From positions 21,266-85,265 of the forward strand of contig PDIP01000113.1 in NCBI GenBank assembly GCA_002811645.1: a stretch of DNA of 64,000 nucleotides, read 5' to 3'. Both the position numbers and the translations under genes were made by a program. The DNA is from Corallochytrium limacisporum Hawaii. Taxonomy: Eukaryota; Protista; Pluriformea. Below, one piece after another: positions 42,093-53,526 of the stretch (position 1 is its first letter; the number at the start of each line of letters is the position of its first letter). Below the pieces are notes generated by a model. The model was not told where the DNA came from, searched no databases, and was given only the letters and a program-made list of their open reading frames with translations.

Positions 42093-45000
42093 ATGCAACG
42101 CCTTCTTGTCTTGCTGATCATCGGGAGCGTGCATGTAGAGGCACAAGAGCAGGACTTAACAGATGTCACGGACCCGCTGCAGGGTGCGTACACACTCTTT
42201 GCTATGTACGACCTCTACTATCCCAAGATGTTTCGCAATAACGACCACGCATTTGTCCACCCAAATCAATGGAAAGTCAGGGACGATTACGCGTACGAAC
42301 GCATTGCGCCACACCAATACCGCGCAGACTGTGATCCTTATGCAAGTTTGGGTCAGAACCTCGAAAGCATTCCTGCACGACTCTTCGACCTCCCGTACGA
42401 CACCATAGTCCACCTGCTGCCAAAGACGAATAGTGGAAGTAACTGCGGAGGGGATTTTCGCATGACAATCCAGCAGCCATATTCGGTGGCTTTCATGACT
42501 CACGACGTCGGCTCCCACGACAATGTCTCAGGCAGCACAGAAGTGAGAAGTGTTGCAGCCGACTTCACCGGCAATGGATTTCATGATGTCTTCAGCGTGG
42601 CGACCAGCTACAACTCCAGGACTCCAACATACTTTCTCACCCGGGCGGTCGATTCCTACGACTCTTCCAAAGGCTTAGAAACCATTCGACGGACCGGTAC
42701 CCAAAATGAAGCCACCGGCTGGGGCCGTGCCACTGCGGGCGATTTCGACGGTGATGGTAACATGGATGTAGCTTACGTGAACAGTGACCGCATCGTGATC
42801 GTGACTGTGTGCGGTCGTGTCTTTGAAGGCGTCTGCAATGGAAAGGTACTTGGGGACGTGGTGAAACGCCCGATGATTGACACGGGCATGCACCGCAACA
42901 ACAACATGCAATCGGCTGAAGTTGTCGCCGGGAAATACGTTACCCATACGGCACAGGATGACCTCTTCTATACACATGTCGATCACAGCCAGAACAGTGT
43001 CATGCTCTACACGTTTGATGAGAATATGAATGCCAAAATGGTACACCGATCTGACTCGAGTTCTCCTCAGAACGCGATCGTCATGGCCGATGCGGGCCCA
43101 GTCGACTTCTGGGGCCGCGGAGACTCCGCAGTCTTTGCGGTCGATCACTACGTCAATAAGGAACTCATCATGTGGCACGTCACATTCGACGGGCCTGCTG
43201 ACAAGCCAATGAGATTTCACCGGTATCAAACCAACAAAGGTGGCTGGAGGCTCCGTGGTCTTGCCGCTGGGCGATACAGAAATCTCCCCGATGATGGCCC
43301 TACGAAGCCCGATGAATTTGACGGCTTTGGTATCGCAGCGATCTTTGTTACAGACGGTGGTAGTGGGGCGCTTGAGTTTTTCAAGATCGGAGACGACCAA
43401 AAGCCTGTCCGGCTCTGGGGAAGCGAGAAGGGCGCTGGGTCCATACCAGGTACCCCGTCAGGATACAGTCTCCTCGATGAACCGTTCAAATTCGTTGGGA
43501 GGGCGCGAAACTTTCTCTACAAAGGTGATTTGCAGGGTCGAAGCGTCAAACTGGGCGCACCTGACATCCTGCGAGTTCCACAGCACATGCAGCCTTGGAT
43601 TGCTATCGGTAAACCGCCGATGCATGTCGATATCATTCAGCCTTGGGGTTTTACAGAGCGCACGCTCTTCAACTTCAGTGCCGTACCATCCGACTTCTAC
43701 ACCAAGTTCAGCATGAGCCAGGAGGACCAAACGCAGTCGTCGCACACGGCCAAGACTGCAGAGACCCATGCCGTTGACGTTACAATTTTTGGCAAGAAGT
43801 CGTTCGGTGCCAAATTGAACAGTGTGAATATTGAATTCGAGGCTGGAGGTGGTTATGCCAAAGAGGAGTGGGTCGACGACACCTACAGTACCTACCAAAA
43901 GCAGCGTTTTGACCTCAGCCAGCAGACTGGCACGTCTGACTTGGTTGGAGTCAGCGGCCAACGTAAGACTTATTACATATATCCCGTCATCGGCCAGACG
44001 ACCTGCCCCGACGAAATGGAAACCTGTAGCCCAGCAGAGGAGGTCCCGCTCAACTGGATAGTGGCAATGCCCGATCAAACCTTCAGCGAGTTGAAAGGGG
44101 CAGAGTTGCTGGAATGGTACCAGCCAATTCACGAGCCTTTTAACGTTTTCTCGTACCCTTGGCATCATGATCAGCTCAAGTTCGATACTCCTGACCTCAA
44201 ATTGCTGACCAATACGAACATTCCGTCGTTCGCAACGGACAGCGCTGCTGCGACCTATCAGCTCCAGTGGAGCGCAGGAGCCGGCGAAAGTCAGACGACC
44301 GGGACCAAAGAGACTGGAAGCTGGCACACCAAGTTCTCGCTTAGTGTGGGAAGCCCGAAATGGGCGGAACACGCGCTAGGTAAACACTACTCAGCTGGTG
44401 TCAAGGCTGCCTACAACGGGAGTAAATCGTGGGGTGATGTGGATACAAGTTCAACATCGCTAGGTGCTTCGCAGGGCGTCAAGATCGCCAAGCCGGGTTC
44501 TCTGCCTGACGGACAGCACTACGCGTACGGCATGAAGCCCTACATCTTCAGTGAAGGTCTGCCGGAATGGTCGACAAAGTCAGGAGATGATCTCGTGGAC
44601 ATCCTTGATGAGGCCGACCAGGCTGCCTGGGGCGCACTCACGGTCGCCTACACGGTGGACGTGGACCCCACAAACAGTATCGGTAGCTTCTGGGCAACTA
44701 GTCCGTATCGAACGCACATCGACATTGCGCTCAACAACCCAGTCCGCTACCAGTTGAAGGTTGGCAAGATTCGGGGTGGCAGTGGAGAGGAGGTTCCCAA
44801 AAACTGTATTCCGGCGGCTTTGAATCAGGACAAGCTGAACTGCATGCTTTTCCGGGTGCCGATTGAGGATGACGAACTCATTTGGAATGACGCCTTCTAC
44901 AGGATGCGTGGATTCTTTATGAGACCATATTCGGAAATTGGCGCCGATGGGCCGGCTCGGGCGACCGCCGACGAGGGCGATCAGATGTTGCTCGAGGTAC

Positions 45001-45887
45001 GTGTATACAACTACAGCATGCTTGACATGCCACCAAACTCCAAGGTAAAGGTCCGATTTTATAGGCAGGAAATGGATAGCTGGCTGTACCGTCCAGTTGG
45101 CGACAGCGTCTTGGTTGGTGAGGACACGTTGTTGGCGAGTTCTGGCGGTGGTGCGATTCGCGGGCATTCGAATGCGGACAACGAAGCAAACTGGAGAATG
45201 GCGAGCACGGTGTGGGATACAACGGGACTCGGTAACACATACTTCAGCTTCTGGGTCGTAGCCTGGGCCGAAGATGCGGATGGCAACCTCATCGAAGAGC
45301 TGCAGGACCACGGGCTTGACGCAGAGAAGTGGAGCCAGTTCATTGGAAACAGCCCAACGCAAACTATTCGCAGCATTGTCGATGTGCCACTCGAGTACGT
45401 CACACTGCTGGGCATTGGAGACATCCCTGACCCAAATGGAGAAGTTGAGCCCATTGAGATGGAAGCATCATTCACGAACAACGTTGGATTTTTCAAACAG
45501 CTCATCTACGTGTTACCCCCAGAATCCGAACTGCCGTCCCGCAGGCGCACGACCTTCCTCCACACGGACGGCAAGCTCGACATAGTAGACCTAGAGCTCA
45601 GCGCATCCACGGTGGAGTTTGGGAAGGAGGTTGCGCTTTATGCCAAAGTATTCTCGTACGGAGAGGCTACGGAGGGCCTGGCCATCAAAGTTTCACTTGG
45701 AGATCCAGATTTTGGCGCCGAGACTGTCGACATGGAGCTGCTGCCTTACATTGGAGCTGACGATGCCATAGGCATTCGAACAACGTTCCGTGGCTCCCCA
45801 TGCGGCATTCACAATGTGACAGTGATTGCCGGTCTCGGCAAGAAAACCGAGGTACGGGCCTCCACAGCACTCGAGGTAGTTTGCTAA
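42093..45887 (+). CDS. Large secreted FG-GAP/VCBS-repeat protein with C-terminal Ig/CARDB-like beta-sandwich regions; bacterial-like
   Basis: Likely start MQRLLVLLIIGSVHVEA|Q (signal peptide, ATG 42093; ORF also has ATG 42054). FG-GAP motifs AADFTGNGFHDV and AGDFDGDGNMDVA. Conserved-looking block GDLQGRSVKLGAP...QPWIAIGKPPMHVD. LEVRVYNYS...VKVRFY beta-sandwich. Confidence 0.8.
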   Translation: MQRLLVLLIIGSVHVEAQEQDLTDVTDPLQGAYTLFAMYDLYYPKMFRNNDHAFVHPNQWKVRDDYAYERIAPHQYRADCDPYASLGQNLESIPARLFDLPYDTIVHLLPKTNSGSNCGGDFRMTIQQPYSVAFMTHDVGSHDNVSGSTEVRSVAADFTGNGFHDVFSVATSYNSRTPTYFLTRAVDSYDSSKGLETIRRTGTQNEATGWGRATAGDFDGDGNMDVAYVNSDRIVIVTVCGRVFEGVCNGKVLGDVVKRPMIDTGMHRNNNMQSAEVVAGKYVTHTAQDDLFYTHVDHSQNSVMLYTFDENMNAKMVHRSDSSSPQNAIVMADAGPVDFWGRGDSAVFAVDHYVNKELIMWHVTFDGPADKPMRFHRYQTNKGGWRLRGLAAGRYRNLPDDGPTKPDEFDGFGIAAIFVTDGGSGALEFFKIGDDQKPVRLWGSEKGAGSIPGTPSGYSLLDEPFKFVGRARNFLYKGDLQGRSVKLGAPDILRVPQHMQPWIAIGKPPMHVDIIQPWGFTERTLFNFSAVPSDFYTKFSMSQEDQTQSSHTAKTAETHAVDVTIFGKKSFGAKLNSVNIEFEAGGGYAKEEWVDDTYSTYQKQRFDLSQQTGTSDLVGVSGQRKTYYIYPVIGQTTCPDEMETCSPAEEVPLNWIVAMPDQTFSELKGAELLEWYQPIHEPFNVFSYPWHHDQLKFDTPDLKLLTNTNIPSFATDSAAATYQLQWSAGAGESQTTGTKETGSWHTKFSLSVGSPKWAEHALGKHYSAGVKAAYNGSKSWGDVDTSSTSLGASQGVKIAKPGSLPDGQHYAYGMKPYIFSEGLPEWSTKSGDDLVDILDEADQAAWGALTVAYTVDVDPTNSIGSFWATSPYRTHIDIALNNPVRYQLKVGKIRGGSGEEVPKNCIPAALNQDKLNCMLFRVPIEDDELIWNDAFYRMRGFFMRPYSEIGADGPARATADEGDQMLLEVRVYNYSMLDMPPNSKVKVRFYRQEMDSWLYRPVGDSVLVGEDTLLASSGGGAIRGHSNADNEANWRMASTVWDTTGLGNTYFSFWVVAWAEDADGNLIEELQDHGLDAEKWSQFIGNSPTQTIRSIVDVPLEYVTLLGIGDIPDPNGEVEPIEMEASFTNNVGFFKQLIYVLPPESELPSRRRTTFLHTDGKLDIVDLELSASTVEFGKEVALYAKVFSYGEATEGLAIKVSLGDPDFGAETVDMELLPYIGADDAIGIRTTFRGSPCGIHNVTVIAGLGKKTEVRASTALEVVC

Positions 45888-47206
45888 CATGGCCGAAGAA
45901 TCAATGGAGGACACGGCTATGATGGGACTTCACCCTCGCTGGCTCTTGTCCGTTGTCGCGAGCCGCCTACCCGACTTCAGATGTACTAAGGTGCCGGCTG
46001 AGTGAAAGAGAAAAACCCCGACATAGGAGAGTTTACAGCGCAGATTGAGAAAGCATTGTACAACCCATGGCGAAACACGAGCAATCGAATAGTAAATGTT
46101 CCAATATTTGCCCCCCACTTTTTTTCTTTGGTTGATTGGGTGCTGAATGTTCCCTACCCCCATCGTCTACCCCTCCCAGTAAGGAGAGAGAACGAATGGA
46201 GGTGAAGGGACCCAGTGCATGGGTAAGAGAGGAAGGAAAGGGCATCCCGTGGGTGGGGGGGGGGGGGCGGAACCAAATGCTAGCGGTACTTCAGTATTCT
46301 CTCATTGTTTTAGCGTAGAAAATCAACCGAATTACTCCCTTCGTAATTTTTCCTTGCTTTACTTCGCTGCAGATGGTCCGTGGCTGGTTGAACTGTGTTC
46401 CATCTACGGTGGCATCTGTACATAGCGAAACAATGAATTCAGGAGCACTCGGGATCTTTGAACAGCAGACAAGGCAGTCTGCCGATCAGGTCCACCGCTT
46501 CAAGCCCTTGGAGTTGACTGTCAGATCAGGGCACGACGTGTTTCTCGTCCTTGTGGAACGTCGGTATCCAAACACAATACGACAAAAAGCAGCACGCATG
46601 ACAGTGTTGTTTAAGAATAGAAAAATACACTGGATCTGTGGATTCCGCCTCGCGGCCAAGCCAAGGATCTCACTTACTAACCAACCACCCAGCTTGGCCT
46701 CAGACGGGCGCAGCGCTCGCGCTGTAAACGTCTTCCCCGCCCTCGCTTTCCTCCACCGGCCCGTTGCAGAACACCGCAAACAGAAACGGATAAAGTACAG
46801 TGGGTGCCGCATCACACTGCTCCGAAAGGAATTGCTAATGTTCGCGACAGTGTGCGACACAACAGAATATCGACTTTTGAAGACGATCAGTGGGAGGCGA
46901 GAACCCGACTTGTTCTTAGGTGCAAGATAGAGATAGCGGGAGATCTTGGGCAAAAGACATTGGAGATTAGCATCCCACTCGCAATTCTGTCCAGTTGTGC
47001 GTGCGCTGCCTGCGTGCGTGCCTGCGCGTTTGGGATTATTTCTAACAAGCGGGTGAGACGACGAAGGACGAGTTGAGTTGGGCGGCTTTCCTTCTTTCAG
47101 TCTCCGGTTATTGTCTTTTTAGTGGTTTCTCTAATGAATTGCGCTCTTGACACTTGTGCTTGTCCTTTCTGCTTTTCTTCCCCCAGTAAGCAACCATCGC
47201 GATTAG

Positions 47207-47254
47207 TCACACACAGACTGGAGGAGTGTTTCACACACAGACTGGAGGAGTGTT
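47207..47254. repeat. Exact 24-bp tandem duplication
   Basis: tcacacacagactggaggagtgtt x2. Confidence 0.95.
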
Positions 47255-50200
47255 TGGGTGATTATGGCATGGGCCTTGCTGGCCATGATTTCCTTAAGCG
47301 GAATGGATGTGAAGCATAGCTGTTGGATTCTCATCACAGACGTAGTCTCCCCTGCCTGTGTGACTAGGCTTTCTCTCTTGAACTGACCTTGACATTTACA
47401 ACTCACATCTTTTTGATCCAAGCCAGTGCTCGCGGAGAAATTTTCCGAACAGACGGGGTAGGTGAGATCATTTCAACAGCTGTTCCCCATTTCCACCGTG
47501 GCAAGCTATGGGACGGCCGGGTAGTGAATATTGAACACGAAATGTAAGTTTCCCCACTCCCCCGGTCTACGTCGCCGCTAGTTTCGAAGCGCAAGCGCTT
47601 ACCTCGGGCTCCAGTACGTGGGCGGTAGGTGTGGGCGTCGGGGTCAAATCCTCGTTGCCCTCCGAATCTGCCTGCGCTGTGGACCATTCATCCATTGAAC
47701 ACTCCTATTGAATTACTACCAGACCCCGCACAAGGGCACCCAACATGATTGGAACATGCACATAAATCGGGCCAGGGAAACGATGGTGGTGGGTACCGGG
47801 GCTGTACAAATCTGACTGCTAGCTCCGGAAGAAAGAAACAATGATGAAAGGATGCTCGGTGTTGCTAGTGGTCGATTATAGTATGCTAAGCAATGTCGGT
47901 GTAAGTACTTCCTGCGCTCGTCAAGGCCTTCTCGCTGCACAGGGAACTGATTTCAATGATCTCTCCCTGGGCTTAAAAAACCACGTCCACTGTTGGGAGG
48001 TAACCTCATTGTCTGCAGAGAAATTCTTCTATTTCTACTGAGCGGTACAGCGGTGCCAACCTACAGCACAAAGCACCCAGCAACCAGAAAGTAAATCGAG
48101 GGAAGGAAAGAACGGATGGAATATAAAAATTTGCAGTTATGTGGCCGAACCTTCCCTCACTGTAACCGGGGTTGGGGATTTACGAGGGCACAATTGGGTA
48201 GAAAGACAGTGCCTCATCTGAAAGCCTGGGCGGTCTGGTTACCAGGATGTCCCATTCTTTCCAGAGGCGGCCCTTTCAATTAATCCGCAAAGAACCCTCG
48301 TCCACTATACGTACTTCCCAATCTCTTCCTTAAGGTAAAATGCTTCAGGGCAGGAAAGATGGCCATTAAATCCTGTGGACATCCGTCGAGGATCTGTCCA
48401 CGCTTAGATGATTTGGCAACACTGGAAGAAATCCTCCGTACGATAAGGGGCAGCATGATCCGATGGCTTCCAAGAAGTAGTATATCGCTGTCCTAAGAAC
48501 AGTAAGTAACGTGGATCTGTTCCTGTACTGAGCTGATCTTCTACGTCAACGGAACATCCTATGGCGACATTGACATCTTGATCAACTTCCTTTGAGTTGA
48601 TCCATGCCGCTTGCAAGTTTGTTTATATGTGATGGTCTTCGACAGTTGTGATACGCGTCAAGTGCCCAGAAGGAAGGAGGGAGGGATGTTGGACACCTCT
48701 TTCTTTCGTCGGTGACCTGGAGACGAAATGTGACATCCTCCTGCCTCACCTTCGTTTATCTTCTCAGTGTTCCTGCATATACTCGCAGTTTCAGCCAATA
48801 AACAGCAGGTAGCACCCAGTACTCATTACAGGAACGGGGTCGGCTGGGCCTGTCTCTTGTTGAAACTGCACGAATCGAAGTTGACAGGTTTTCTCGGCTT
48901 GCATTCCGTTTGGAGGATCTCGTTGTGAAACAGCCTTTCCTCCACGTTGTGTGGATCTCAGGATTGTGAGCGGCCATGGGCTGTGGACGAATTGCCCTAG
49001 TAGCGTAAAATATTTGTATATGTAGCAGAGAAACGTGAACTGGAACACAGCAATTAGGGGGTTGCCAGTGATAAAAACGAAACGGAAAGCCTTTGAAACC
49101 AAATTCTGAACGGTCAATGCGCAGGACCCCCCCCCCCGGGGGCAGCTCGTTCGAATTATTGAAAGTGAAGGCCTTTATTTCTGCACACAGTGCAACAAAG
49201 AAACGCCTCGAGGAGGGAGAGTTAGAAAAAGCTGTTGTCCGCGCGAGCAAGCTCTTAGTGGTTGCTGGTGGTCTACGTATCATATTGAGGAAGGAGGCAT
49301 TTCAGAAAATTTAGCGCATCATCAACAGTAAAGGTAGAAACCAAAAAATCGCAGTACGCTCGAGGATGTGAGAACGATTTGGCCCCTGCACGCGATGTCG
49401 CGCGTTTCCAAATTGTACATATTCGAAGTATGGCCCAGAGGCCCATGACAGATGTTTTATGTAGTGGCCTTTGGCAGCCAAAATCGTCCGTCCGCGCGCT
49501 CCCATCGATGTTACTTGGGGGTAGGAGGCTGTCTACCTCCTTGATTCTGCATTTGTGCAGGGAAGAGAACATGTGCACTGTGTGTGCTTCTCACTGCAAG
49601 CTAACTTTTGCGTTCCTTCGTTTTGGTATTTCCTAAGGTTTTCTTTTTGGATGGTAACAGATCCGGCTCGTGGTCAGCGATGGTCCTCGCGTTCTTGACA
49701 GGTCACCACATTGGCAAATGACAATAACCAAAAACACTGTGCGGCTTGAGAATTGAGCATTGGCAAACCCAATTACACTGTCCTTTGAAGCTCTGGACAC
49801 GTTCGCAGAGTATTCTGAATTTACTACTATCGTACCAGTCAATACAAAATCTCATCGCGCGTCGGCGTAGCACATGGCCTCCCCGCCGCTGGTATTACCT
49901 GAATCCGCTAATTTCGCTTGTCAACATTTGCTGCTTAAATAGGGCATAGCTCTCAGTTGCTGTGGGGATCAGAGCATGGTACTTTGGCCATGAAATGGGA
50001 AAGGAGAATAATCAGAGGGGCTGGCAAGCCGCACCTTCTGCTTGCTCAAGACCGTTTGTGACATTCACTGCACTGTGGGTCAGAACATGCGACGCCCCCT
50101 GACGAACGCACAGCACAGGAAAATCATGGATGCGAAGCGGACGTCCCTTTCAAACTTGATCGCGCAGTGCAACCAAAGACAGGCACACGCACACACACAC

Positions 50201-51772
50201 TGCGGCAAGACCCGACGTACCTGTCACTACTCACCCTGCAGGTGTCGGAAGCGAAAGTGGACCAGTTCGCTCAATGACGGCAACGACTATTCCCTATTCC
50301 ACAGACCAAAATCCGCATATCCCGTCATATCGACGAGAGTGTGTGTTCCTCCGTTAATTACTGCTTGCCGGAAGTAAACAAGGAACACAGATCCGCATTT
50401 GCCTACAAACCCAATGAACAACGGGAGCGTACAGAACAAAAAGAATTGATGAAAACCACTTTCCCGGTTGCTCGTGACAGAGGGGAAACCCCTTGAAGAA
50501 CTCGAGGCACAAAATGCAGCGCGGGTTCCGACGAGAGAGAGAGAGAGAGGGGGCGAGGGAGGGAGATGGGGCGTTAGCACACGAGAGACCCGAGGGGTTC
50601 GGGTTCCGAAGCATGCCGTTCCCTGCTCCTCCGCTAGCCATGACAAGAAGCCCAAATCCCACCCCGCAAGTCAGAGGGTACGAAATTGAAGAACGCGAAG
50701 AACGCACCGAAAAGAAGGCCAAGAAAAAAAAAGAAAAAAAAGGAAAAGAAAAAAGAGAGGGGAGGGGGGGAGCTGGTAAGCAGAAATTCACAAGCGGGGG
50801 CGTTCAGCTGGCTTTTAACACTCCTCGCAACTCCTCGCCTCTGCAGGCCCCTTCGCAAGCTGTGCCCAGGTTTATCATCGCTTTTCGGAACGGCCATTTG
50901 GGGATACAGGTAGCGGTGCGGATGATTGATGACCCAATAACCACTGAACTCGAATTTCCTGGAGAACCGGGTAATAGCGCGAGCACAGGCAAACGGAGGG
51001 AAAGGGGAAGGAAGGGGAGGGAGGGGGGGTAAGGGGAAGAAGAGGAGAAAAGGGTGGGTAAGGGTTCCTCAGCCACCCTTGCACGGATACCTGACGGACT
51101 GGTTCAGAAAGTACACTGAACCGCCAACACAAACAGATCGTTCATGCCATAGGTGGACACCCTCAGCAATCGTTTCTTTGTTTCTTTGTTGGGGGGTTGG
51201 TTGGTTGATGCGCTTCATCGTTGTGTGGATGCGAGATGATAAGTTGCGGGAAATGAGGCAAGGTTGGGCGAAAAGGTACGGGGCCAGATGGGGCACAGAG
51301 AGAGAGGGGGAAAGACGCCAGTACCGAGTTCTCGTCTTCCCTTGTAGACCAGAGCATTTTTCGGTCGTAGAGCAGGGGCATTGCGGCACAATTCCGCTGC
51401 AGGGCGCTGTCTCCACAATCCATTTTGTACAGGGAGAAAGCAGGGAGGGGGAAAGGGGCGGAGGATAGGACCAGTACTGCTCCTCGTGCATTCGATTTGA
51501 CACGGATGGAAAGGTGAATGTCGGGTGAGCCCGCAGCATTGGCCTACTTCGTACATAGTCGTCGATTGTGTACCACCTAGCAGACGCTTCCTGATGAGCT
51601 ATTTATGATGGAAAGCAAAGAGTGCAGGTACATCATTTAGGTACAACGTTACCTAGGTAGTAGTAGCATAACATAGTTAGCAAGTAGGTGCCATCACAGC
51701 GAAGGCTAGTGAGCGGCTGAAGAAATAGAAACAAGACAAAAGACAAACGAAGTTCTGGTTAGATTTGGAACC

Positions 51773-52258
51773 ATGGTGATGGGTCGTGTCCTCGCATCTC
51801 CGACATATCTTTGTAAGATTCGTGCACAGAAGACTACAGGATGTCGTACCACACTGATTTGCGACGAGAACAGCATATCTGCCAGGTTGCTGTCATTCAT
51901 CTTGAAGGGAATGAATATGGAAGTCTCCATTGCTGGCAATGGAGAAGAAGCGACGAATATGGTTCAGATTCGCTGCTACGACTTTGTTTTTATCGACTTC
52001 TCTCGGTGTGCTGACGAAACCGAAGACATTCTGCGCGCAGTCCTACCACTTTCGAACCGAACAATTCTTGTGGGGATGAGCGCGGACCCTCAGGTGCCGG
52101 AAGAGTTCATAAATGCCATGGACTGCTTTCTGCCCAAGCCCTTCACAAAATCAACATTGGATGCATTGCTCCATTACGAAACAAAGGGTCCTGCCACCCT
52201 TGCAGATAGCACCTCGCGCCTTACGGAGAACGGGATCAGCATCATGCAGGTTGAGTGA
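51773..52258 (+). CDS. Stand-alone two-component response-regulator receiver (CheY-like) protein
   Basis: LICDENSISARLL (acidic pocket), AGNGEEA, YDFVFID (phospho-acceptor Asp), LVGMSAD (conserved Ser), MDCFLPKPF (Lys-Pro). Confidence 0.85.
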   Translation: MVMGRVLASPTYLCKIRAQKTTGCRTTLICDENSISARLLSFILKGMNMEVSIAGNGEEATNMVQIRCYDFVFIDFSRCADETEDILRAVLPLSNRTILVGMSADPQVPEEFINAMDCFLPKPFTKSTLDALLHYETKGPATLADSTSRLTENGISIMQVE

Positions 52259-53526
52259 TTACTAGCTCGTTGTCTGAGTTTACGAAAATTTCGATGCAGG
52301 TGCGGGCCTGCACACATCTGGATGTGTAGCCATCGCTCATTGTATTTAGTTCAAACACATCTGGAATTTTACCCAATTTTAATCGAATCATCCTCCAGCG
52401 GTTTCATTGTGTTGGGGTAGACTACATTACATCAATATACCAATCGTACGCCATTGAAAGTTTTTTTCAAAGGAAATTGTTGAATTCAACCCCTGCAGGA
52501 TTGAAGTTTGTGTCTTGACTAGTGACCGTCATTGACTGCCATTGAGAACTGGATCATTGTCTCCTCGCATGTACACGACCCATGGTTCCACACCAATGCA
52601 CATGTAGCCTCACAGTTATCCTTCGGTGTCGGTATATGTTTAGGATAAGCGTAGTAGAGACTAGCAGACCAATAATCCACTGCGGAACATGTTCCAGAAC
52701 GACTCTGCAAAGCGCCTGCGTCTTGTGTGATCATGACCCAGAGAGGCCCCCTGGACCGCAATGAGCAACCGAATGGGGACCCGACCCAGATACAGACCCC
52801 CACTTCTACACACCACCGCCACCTTCGCCCGTGAGTAGGGGAGAGGGCTTACCGGGGGTAGGCAATGACAGAGGGGGTGGGTAGGGAAGGGGCAAGCGCA
52901 CTTGACCTCCCCCCCCCAACCTCCCGCCAAAGATTGTACCCGGATCCACCGAGATTTTTACACACAATCTTATCAGACACTGCAGCTTATTGGGGAAGAA
53001 AAGCTGGGTCGGTGGGGGGGGGACCCAATCCGACTGAAATCAACATAAATCATTTCAGAAGATTATTGCAGTGGACCCCCTCTCTCGTTCCCTCCTCAAA
53101 CTCACTCCCATTTTTTAGCTTTTTCCGCAGAGGGATTTCCTGCCGAGAGACCCAGGGACTGGGCCGACAAGCTTGGGGAGGGGGCTTGAGTCGCGAGGCT
53201 GCTAGGGGGCCCGCTCCGCGGACCGTCCGCGCAACGGATGGAGCACGGCGACACTGATGGGTCGCATGTCCTGGGCATGGTGAAAGAGAAATACAGGAAG
53301 AGGACTGTGATAAGTGCGATACGATAAGATTTCTCCGTTTTTCCTGTTCCACTCATAGAGACTGATTTTCACGCACATGAAGGTACGTGGGGATGTTCAT
53401 TGAAAAGAATCACAACGGGTTGCGCCAGGTCAAGTAGTTTGGACCGTTAGTACGACATATGTACGCCATGACATAAGAGCAAGATCATACTGTCACCCAA
53501 AGACGGGTGATTTAGTTCACTTGACA

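Noticed and set aside
47207-47254. CRISPR-like repeat
   Set aside because: Two adjacent copies with no spacer, no cas genes, and a eukaryotic context.
47835-47954. Possible C/D box snoRNA (ATGATGA...CTGA with a GAAA/TTTC stem)
   Set aside because: Only a 4-bp stem, no clear C'/D' boxes and no guide complementary to rRNA that I can recognise; needs snoscan/Infernal.
48404-48616. Short ORF with faint chromodomain-like wording (YLLFLG...SWKP)
   Set aside because: Key aromatic-cage spacing is absent, the start is non-ATG, and no retroelement ORF is adjacent.
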